From Candidatus Poribacteria bacterium (lineage in GTDB: Bacteria > Poribacteria > WGA-4E > WGA-3G), in assembly GCA_965198235.1 (NCBI GenBank), contig OZ240248.1, positions 608,001 through 672,000 on the forward strand: DNA of 64,000 bases. The letters are read 5' to 3'. Both the position numbers and the translations under genes were made by a program. The notes under the pieces were generated by a model, which was not told the DNA's origin, did not search any database, and worked only from the letters and a program-made list of their open reading frames with translations. Position 1 is the stretch's first letter; each line of letters starts with the position of its first letter. Positions 56,867 to 64,000 of this stretch are shown here, in pieces.

Positions 56867-58303
56867 CTATCTCCGTTCATCAGCGATAGTGGATCCCGGC
56901 ATGATATAGTGTTCGCCTTTGGTTAACTGGGCGACTTGACGTTGAAAATTATCACCGATAGAACTACTTCGCATAGAGGTAACCCCGCCGATGACATAAA
57001 CCCGAGCAAGCACGCCTCGACACACAGAAATTGCTCTGCCTGCGGTATATCCTTTCTCTGGTCGTTTGCTTGTTGCTTCATCTGTGACGATGATGAGGAC
57101 GAGGTCGCGCTCTTCTTTGGTCCGAAGTTTCGGCACCCCTTCAATGATGGCATCCAACAGGTGTTCATCGCCGATTTTGGGGAGGCGAAATAGCGATTTC
57201 ACCTGTTCTGGTTCCAAGGGTGGTTTGGTTACAACAATAGTGCTTTCGCCCCCGCCGACCGCCGCCCAAAACCGGATAATCCCAAATCGATAGTCGAGTC
57301 CCGCCGCCTTGAACACCGAAACCATAAGGTCCAAACCATCGCAAGCGGGATCCGTTTTGGTTTCCATACTCAAACTGTAATCGAAAACGAACACAATATC
57401 TACTTTGCCGGGGTTACTCTCAACCAAATTCTCAGCAATACGTTTAAACAAGCCGTCAATCCTGAGTAGTGCTTTATCGGCAATCGTCCCACCGCTCTGA
57501 ATGCGCTGCCCATCCATCCGCCGCTGGTTTGAATCAATGGGGTACCACACACCGTTGGTTTCATCAGTAAGTTCCGCTTGAACCTTTTCGCTAATGCCGA
57601 TGAAGTTGAGTTGGACGCTGTTTTTTCGACAAAGATCAATAATCTGTCCGCTAATTTTACTTTTCGCCTTCGCTTCTGTCCATGAGGTGCGCATCCGAGA
57701 GTTGGTTACCACGACGAACTGCGTTATAACTTCCTCTCGGAATTCCAACTCGTTCAAGCCTTTTATTACAGCGTCGAGTCCATATCCAGATTCAATGTTG
57801 TTTCCGGATTCGACCCGCATATCCCGGAAAGCATTTTCAATGCTGAGATAGTCAAATGTCCATTGATGAAAATTGACGCGTGGTTCTCCGTACACCGAGT
57901 GAAAACTCACCAGCGCGAATCTATAGTCCATCGTCTTCGTCTCTATAACGGTGAGCATGTCGACGAGCCTCTTTTCAAGGTCGGCGAGATGTTCTAACAT
58001 CTGTCTGCTACCGTCAACGACGAATACTACATCCACTTTTGGGTGGCGCAAGCCTATAGAGGCTTGCGGGACAATGTGTTGCGTTGCGCGTTTTGCGATG
58101 TCCTTGAGGCTTGCACCTATATCCGCCTTGAGGGTCTTTTCCTTCTTCGCCCCCGGATCTACCATGACCCTGTGTTTCCGTCGAGGCGGGCGAACCTGTG
58201 CTGATGCTTGCAATGTGCACACCAACAGACTCGCTGCAAGCAAGCAGCATATCCAGCCCTTTTGGTGCGGCTTGCAAACCAAAATTTGCTTAACAAAATT
58301 CAT
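56867..58303 (-). CDS. Secreted protein with two VWA domains
   Basis: VDVVFVVDGS..M and VDIVFVFDYS.SM; DYRF; IIVTDE. Confidence 0.75.
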   Translation of the reverse strand: MNFVKQILVCKPHQKGWICCLLAASLLVCTLQASAQVRPPRRKHRVMVDPGAKKEKTLKADIGASLKDIAKRATQHIVPQASIGLRHPKVDVVFVVDGSRQMLEHLADLEKRLVDMLTVIETKTMDYRFALVSFHSVYGEPRVNFHQWTFDYLSIENAFRDMRVESGNNIESGYGLDAVIKGLNELEFREEVITQFVVVTNSRMRTSWTEAKAKSKISGQIIDLCRKNSVQLNFIGISEKVQAELTDETNGVWYPIDSNQRRMDGQRIQSGGTIADKALLRIDGLFKRIAENLVESNPGKVDIVFVFDYSLSMETKTDPACDGLDLMVSVFKAAGLDYRFGIIRFWAAVGGGESTIVVTKPPLEPEQVKSLFRLPKIGDEHLLDAIIEGVPKLRTKEERDLVLIIVTDEATSKRPEKGYTAGRAISVCRGVLARVYVIGGVTSMRSSSIGDNFQRQVAQLTKGEHYIMPGSTIADERR

Positions 58304-58347
58304 GTCATCTCCGATTAAAATTCAACCAAAAGCTGCGGCACTCGCAG

Positions 58348-59325
58348 CTAATATGTGTCCAAGTCAATCTCCTCCTCGCTAAACCGGAGGTGTGCTTGAT
58401 TGACTAATTCAACAATACCGTCCCACTGCTCGCGCGTTACGTCAGAAATCCCTTCCTTCTCAAGTGCTTCAGCGAATTTAAGGAGGGTTTCGCTAAACTT
58501 GTCTTGCAGGTAGACATACTCCTCGGTCTGATCCGCGTTCTTGGGTGGCTCGAAGTTTGAAATGCTTTTCGCATATTTAGCGAGGCGTTTCACCGCTTCA
58601 ATGGCTTTCTCCATGCTCTCTTTTTCATCAAAGTAGTCGACGAGAATAAAATAGTCATCTATCATCAACGCCATAAGTGCTTTGAGATCATCAACTTCAG
58701 GCATATCTGTCTCTGGAATATCAGGCTCCGGTGCTTTTTCGGCATCAGAGTTTGGCTCCTGTTTCCGAAAGAGGGCATAACTCATTACCAACGTCTTTTT
58801 CGGAATTAGAGCGACCGCTTTTGAAGCATCTTCATGCCCGTTGACAGCTTCAACGTCCACTCCCACCTTGAAAGCATCGTCTATGCCCATACCAATAAAC
58901 TGCTTGAGAAATCTATCTCCCGCAATCGCGTCTGATTCCTTATGTTCATAGATTTCTACTTTTACGACTTTCCCTCTCATGTTCAGTCCAACGGCACCTT
59001 TAATAACGCTGACCGGTCCATCTGCATCGGTAAACAACACCAAGCCCATAGGCTTCTTTTTGTCGCTGATCGGAATGTAGAAAACAGGTTTCAGATCTCC
59101 CGACCGAAGCTTAACACCGAGTCCCTTCTCAATAGAAACTATCCTATCTGGAGCGAGGACAGGATTTCGTCGAACAAATTTCTTGGCTTTTGGGAAGATA
59201 GCCGCCAGTTTTTGACCGGACGACTCTGTTTCACGTGCGTTGCTGAGTAGTGGTGTGCCCAGTATGAAAAAAATAAATACTAACAGAATACCTGTTCGAG
59301 GATGCCGATAGACTTGGGAAAACAT
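58348..59325 (-). CDS. Exported protein with an FMN-binding (RnfG/NosR-like) domain and a helical C-terminal domain
   Basis: Signal peptide; G.V..VEI..H.E....FLKQF.G pattern. Confidence 0.55.
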   Translation of the reverse strand: MFSQVYRHPRTGILLVFIFFILGTPLLSNARETESSGQKLAAIFPKAKKFVRRNPVLAPDRIVSIEKGLGVKLRSGDLKPVFYIPISDKKKPMGLVLFTDADGPVSVIKGAVGLNMRGKVVKVEIYEHKESDAIAGDRFLKQFIGMGIDDAFKVGVDVEAVNGHEDASKAVALIPKKTLVMSYALFRKQEPNSDAEKAPEPDIPETDMPEVDDLKALMALMIDDYFILVDYFDEKESMEKAIEAVKRLAKYAKSISNFEPPKNADQTEEYVYLQDKFSETLLKFAEALEKEGISDVTREQWDGIVELVNQAHLRFSEEEIDLDTY

Positions 59326-59564
59326 TACAATCTCCTTATTTCTAACTATGGGAATCTGGGCGTTGTTCCACTACGTTTCACAACGGTGTCTGGTTAATTC
59401 CAACGCGACCGAGGATTTGAACGTTTTTTTAAGAGTCTTTCTTCACGCCATAAGTTTACCAGAAATCCTTTTCTTTCCAAAGACTTTTACTGTAGGTCGT
59501 CCGTTTATTTTTAAGGACTCGATCAAAAAATCAAGACAACCTCGTGTCAACTTAACCCCTTCAC

Positions 59565-60179
59565 CTATAACCCTAAGATTTCTAAACGGAAGGTAACGCT
59601 ATGGCGGTTTAACCACAACACTTCAACGTCCGATCTGGCAGGCACGCTCACCTTTGGTCTTAAAAAACTGAACTGATAGCCAAATGATCCATTCAACTGA
59701 GCCACCTCAAAGATACTGTCAATCAGTCTTACGTTGAGCCCAGTAGACGCTTCCGCACCAAAAGTATTTTGAATATTCGCTGGCGTAGCGAATTGTTCAG
59801 TAAAGGCATAAAAATTTGATCCGAATCCAATAAATGGTGCCCATTTCCCACGTCCACTTAGTGTCAGCATCATGCCAACAGTCTCAACATTCAACATCCC
59901 GAAGGGCAAGACATCTGCGTTTCCTCCGCGAGTATCCACAACGTAACTACTGAATGGAACTGAGAACCGAAGTGCAGGTGTTAATTGAAATCCGATAGAG
60001 AATTCTTCGGTGCGTGCGATTTCCAGTTCGTCGTTGGTGACCGTTAATCCGCGACCAATACTTACGGTCGCCCCTTTGGCAACATGCAAGTATTTTTCAA
60101 GTTCAAGGGCAGTGCCGACAGTTGGGAATCCTATAAGACCAACGAGTATACAGATGCTGAATGCAGTCAGAAGTTTCAT
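59565..60179 (-). CDS. Putative OmpW-like outer-membrane beta-barrel protein
   Basis: Signal peptide; alternating beta-strand pattern, APFIGFG. Confidence 0.45.
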   Translation of the reverse strand: MKLLTAFSICILVGLIGFPTVGTALELEKYLHVAKGATVSIGRGLTVTNDELEIARTEEFSIGFQLTPALRFSVPFSSYVVDTRGGNADVLPFGMLNVETVGMMLTLSGRGKWAPFIGFGSNFYAFTEQFATPANIQNTFGAEASTGLNVRLIDSIFEVAQLNGSFGYQFSFLRPKVSVPARSDVEVLWLNRHSVTFRLEILGL

Positions 60180-60382
60180 GATTCCTCCAATTTGATTTCT
60201 CAGTGACAGACTTGGGAACGGGTTTCACCTGCATAGTTGTCAAGTCTCAAACCACGATTGAAAAACCAAAATTACAGATAGTGCTTGAATCCAGCGGATT
60301 CAGAAAAACGTTAGGATTGGAAAACGAATGGTTTGATCCGAACCTACAATTGTTGAAAAAAAGCAACCCTTATATATCTCTT

Positions 60383-63300
60383 CTACCGCTGGCGAATCCA
60401 GCGTTCAACGGGATAGAAGAGAGAGAATAACACAGGTGCTAAGATAAGATTAGCCACCGTTGCCGAGGCGAGTCCCCCGAAGGTAGGAACCGCGATAGGC
60501 TTCATTAATTCCGCACCAGTAGTGGTGCTGATTTCTGCTAACATGATTGGTAATAACGCCAAAATCGTAGTTGCTGTGGTCATGATAATGGGTCGGACGC
60601 GCAATAAGCCAGCATTAATTACCGCTTCGTCAATAGGCTCACCGCCTCGGACGCGTTCCAGTAAATATTCAATTAAGACTATTCCATCTTCAACCGCTAT
60701 CCCAAATAAGGCTATATACCCTACCCACACTGCTGTACTGTACTTAATGGCGTAACCACCGCCAAGTACATCTGGTATATATTTCATCAACCACTGCATC
60801 CACATACCACCGATGAATGCAAAGGGGATCGCAAGAAAGATTGAAAACATCGCAGAAGGCGACTTGAACTGGAGATATAGTAATATAAAAATGGCTGCGA
60901 TACATACTGGTACGACGATTATTAACCGATTGCGAGCCTCAAGCTCAGCTTCGTACTGTCCGCTAAAAGCGTAGAAGTAGCCTTGAGGTAGAGTCGGCTT
61001 AATCTTTTCATCAAGTGTCTTTTGGGCTAATGTGACGAAGTCAACCAGGCCAATGGTGTCAACATCCACATCACAAAAGACGCGAGAAAAGAGTAACGTA
61101 TTTTCGCTCGCGATTTTCGCCGGACCGGGCCGTCTCTCAATTTTCACGAGTTGCTCAAGCGGAATATGCAGTCCTTTTGGTGCTGGCACGAGGACACGCT
61201 TAAGTGCTTCAATATTATCCCGCAATTCTCTCATGTAACGGATACGAATTGGAAATCGCTCCCGTCCCTCAACGGTATAAGTTAGATTCATGCCCCCGAT
61301 GGCTGTCATGATGATTTGTTGTACCGTTCGGATTTGGATGCCGTAGCGCGCGGCTTCCTCGCGGTCAATGTGAAATTCAAGGTACGGCTTATTCCCGATA
61401 CGCTCGGCATAGGGACCCTGTGCTCCTTCAAGTTTAAGGAGTTCCTGCTCAATCCGGACCGCAATCTCTTCAATCTTCGCAAGGTCTTTACCAAACACTT
61501 TAATTCCGATTGGGGTTTGTATACCTGTTGCGAGCATATCAACGCGATTGCGTATAGGTTGCGTCATAATAGGCGAAACGCCTGGCATTCGAGTAGCCTC
61601 TGTCAGTTCGGTGATAAGTTCGTTGCGGTTTTTGGTCCGGAAGTAAGTCTTGTGTTTGAAAGTAGGTTCAATTTCTTCGGCGATCCGATGAAGTTTCACC
61701 TCAGTCTCAGATTCACCTATTTTAACTTGTTCCAATCTCATCCCACTCATCCGTTTTTCAGTGAGGAGTTCTTCTAAAAGGATTCGTAATAACCAGATGC
61801 GATACAGCCGTTCGCGCTCGTCAACTGACAGATAAGAGTTGTGATATGTTGTCGCTAAGGTATCAAATCGTTTTACGGTCGCCGTAACAATATCACCCAG
61901 AAAATCAGCACTAATATGACTGGCATGTTCCTCGCTTATCAGTCCGTCGCGTGTTAAGCGTTGGACAAGATCGAACACAAGCTCCTCTATTAAATTGCGT
62001 TTAATCGCCCGTCGGGGCCACTCCGCTGGATCAATTATATTGACAATAGTTTCAAACATGCCAATTGGGGCAGGGTCGGTTGCTGTTGTCGCTCGTCCCA
62101 ATTTTCCCACCACAAGTGAAACTTCTGGAAATCGATTCATAATCAAATCTTGCTTCGCCATGACATCTTTTGCTTGCGTAATTGAGGCACCGGGAAGCAG
62201 CACCGGCATAAACAGCAGTGCCCCTTCGTTAAGTGGCGGCATGAATTCCTGCCCAATATTTTTATAGAAAGGGGTCAGCGGTATGCTTGCGACAAAAGCA
62301 AGTATCGCCAAGACAACAACAGCGAGTTTAGTCCAAATATTTCTTACAGCCAACCGAATAATCGGACGATAGATGGTTCTGAGCACCCACGTAATCCCAT
62401 CGGCTAACTTTCTCAGGGGCCAGCTGAGTAGCGCAAAGAACTGTGCTATTAGTTTGGAAACCACACCTGTCCGGGTACGGGTTGGGTCCGTGAGTAGAAT
62501 TGATGCTAAAACCGGGACCAGGCTAATCGCTATGAGGGCTGCACCAAGCATAGCGAAAGTTTTTGTATAGGCAAGCGGTTTGAAGAGTTTACCCGCTTGG
62601 CCGGTAAGAGAAAAGACAGGTATGAAGGCAACGATAACAATGAGCATTGCAAAGAAAATGGGTGGACCCACCTCTTTAGCGGCACGGGTTGCAACTTGAA
62701 GTTTGCTTTCACCTGGGTGCGGTTCTCGCAAATGTCGCGTGATATTTTCTGTCATCACAATACCGGCATCCACCATCACCCCAATCGCGATGGCGATGCC
62801 CCCCATCGACATGATGTTCGATGGTAAACCAATAATTCGCATACCGACAAACGAAAGCAGAACCCCCATCGGTAAGACAAGTGCTATTATCAAACTACCT
62901 GAAACTTGCCCCAAGAAAAGCAGGATAACAACTGCAGCAACGATGATTTCCTCTGTCAACGTTTCCTTCAGCGTGTCTGTTGCGCGGTGAATGAGATGGC
63001 TCCGGTCGTAGAACGGGACAATTCGGACACCTGATGGAAGTCCAGGCATGAGCTCCGCTATTTTCGCTTTGACATTCTCAATCACACGCAACGGATTATC
63101 ACCATACCGCATTAGCACAACCCCGCCGGTTGCCGGGATGCCTGCTTTGTCTAAAGCACCGCGCCGAAAGTCGGGACCTTCGCTGACTGTTCCAAGGTTT
63201 TTGACGTAGATGGGTACGCCGTTATGCTCCTTGACAACGATGTTTTCTATGTCCGCGATGCTTTTGATGAAGCCCACGCCTCGAATCAGGAGCTCCATTC

Positions 63301-64000
63301 CGCCTTCTTCAATAACCTTTGCCCCAACATCAAGATTGCTCCCACGGATAGCGTTGTAAACCGCTGATAACGGCACATTATACGCTAATAGGGTGTTCGG
63401 ATCGATGTCAATCTGATACTGTTTAACATATCCACCAACTGAGGCAACCTCGGAAACGCCATCGGCAGAGGCGAGATAGTAACGAACCGTCCAGTCTTGG
63501 AGTGTCCGAAGTTCATGAAGCTCCAAATTGGAAGCAACAAGCGTCTCTCCATCTTCCGGACAGGTGCCCGGCTCGGCATAGCGCGCCGTCGGATGATTAG
63601 GGCAATAGTACCCATTTTCAACGGTATACCAAAATACCTGTCCGACACCCGTCGCATCGGGACCGAGGATCGGCACAACACCCTCTGGCATGTCTTTTTG
63701 TGCAAGATTCATACGCTCCAGTACACGCGTGCGTGCCCAATAGAAATCGACATCATCTTTGAAGATAATGTTAATGTAGCCAAAGCTAAACATTGAAGTT
63801 GAGCGAACATCTTTGATATCGGGAATGCCAAGCATGGTAATGCTCAACGGATAGATAACTTGATCTTCAATATCTCGTGGGCTTCGTCCGGGCCAATCCG
63901 CGAAGACAATAACTTGGTTTTCGCCGATGTCCGGCATAGCATCAATTGGTGTCCGGTTCAATGCCCACCAACCCGCCATCGTGACAAAGACAAAAATAAC
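60383..64000 (-). CDS. cusA: CusA/CzcA heavy-metal efflux RND permease (N-terminus beyond the window edge)
   Basis: DAMPDI.ENQVIV, GPDATGVG, GGIAIAIGVMVDA, FMPPLNEG, DPAP, R.RPIIMT. Confidence 0.92.
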   Translation of the reverse strand, partial: VIFVFVTMAGWWALNRTPIDAMPDIGENQVIVFADWPGRSPRDIEDQVIYPLSITMLGIPDIKDVRSTSMFSFGYINIIFKDDVDFYWARTRVLERMNLAQKDMPEGVVPILGPDATGVGQVFWYTVENGYYCPNHPTARYAEPGTCPEDGETLVASNLELHELRTLQDWTVRYYLASADGVSEVASVGGYVKQYQIDIDPNTLLAYNVPLSAVYNAIRGSNLDVGAKVIEEGGMELLIRGVGFIKSIADIENIVVKEHNGVPIYVKNLGTVSEGPDFRRGALDKAGIPATGGVVLMRYGDNPLRVIENVKAKIAELMPGLPSGVRIVPFYDRSHLIHRATDTLKETLTEEIIVAAVVILLFLGQVSGSLIIALVLPMGVLLSFVGMRIIGLPSNIMSMGGIAIAIGVMVDAGIVMTENITRHLREPHPGESKLQVATRAAKEVGPPIFFAMLIVIVAFIPVFSLTGQAGKLFKPLAYTKTFAMLGAALIAISLVPVLASILLTDPTRTRTGVVSKLIAQFFALLSWPLRKLADGITWVLRTIYRPIIRLAVRNIWTKLAVVVLAILAFVASIPLTPFYKNIGQEFMPPLNEGALLFMPVLLPGASITQAKDVMAKQDLIMNRFPEVSLVVGKLGRATTATDPAPIGMFETIVNIIDPAEWPRRAIKRNLIEELVFDLVQRLTRDGLISEEHASHISADFLGDIVTATVKRFDTLATTYHNSYLSVDERERLYRIWLLRILLEELLTEKRMSGMRLEQVKIGESETEVKLHRIAEEIEPTFKHKTYFRTKNRNELITELTEATRMPGVSPIMTQPIRNRVDMLATGIQTPIGIKVFGKDLAKIEEIAVRIEQELLKLEGAQGPYAERIGNKPYLEFHIDREEAARYGIQIRTVQQIIMTAIGGMNLTYTVEGRERFPIRIRYMRELRDNIEALKRVLVPAPKGLHIPLEQLVKIERRPGPAKIASENTLLFSRVFCDVDVDTIGLVDFVTLAQKTLDEKIKPTLPQGYFYAFSGQYEAELEARNRLIIVVPVCIAAIFILLYLQFKSPSAMFSIFLAIPFAFIGGMWMQWLMKYIPDVLGGGYAIKYSTAVWVGYIALFGIAVEDGIVLIEYLLERVRGGEPIDEAVINAGLLRVRPIIMTTATTILALLPIMLAEISTTTGAELMKPIAVPTFGGLASATVANLILAPVLFSLFYPVERWIRQR

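Noticed and set aside
1-64000. tRNA, rRNA, integrase or prophage genes
   Set aside because: None were recognised in the window.

Overview
A gene-dense bacterial window with roughly balanced GC. Its gene content (Gfo/Idh/MocA oxidoreductases, PhyH dioxygenase, TPR proteins, DUF6785-type membrane protein, many GTAG-type REP hairpins) is reminiscent of Candidatus Poribacteria; that is inference only. Housekeeping genes include lgt, livF/livG, dprA, guaA, rpmA, rplU, an RNase E/G and cusA. Between them lie an ECF sigma/anti-sigma/giant TPR locus, a PorX-like REC-PglZ two-component pair and a sulfite reductase-HEPN-TusA / MoeB sulfur-relay cluster. There are four toxin-antitoxin-like loci, two of them single-chain MNT-HEPN fusions. 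There are also three IS200/IS605-family elements: two tnpB-only elements and one ORF-less element that keeps an omegaRNA-like end. One tnpB element sits inside a REP-associated tyrosine transposase (RAYT) gene flanked by REP clusters. The strongest candidate for something new is a ~85-90 nt structured RNA shared by both tnpB elements, lying between a near-consensus sigma70 promoter and the tnpB start codon. It is a three-way junction with a bulge-loop pseudoknot, supported by compensatory base changes between the two copies, and it is distinct from the 3' omegaRNA. A second candidate is a ~290 nt multi-stem leader behind three tandem promoters upstream of an Ig-like lipoprotein gene.
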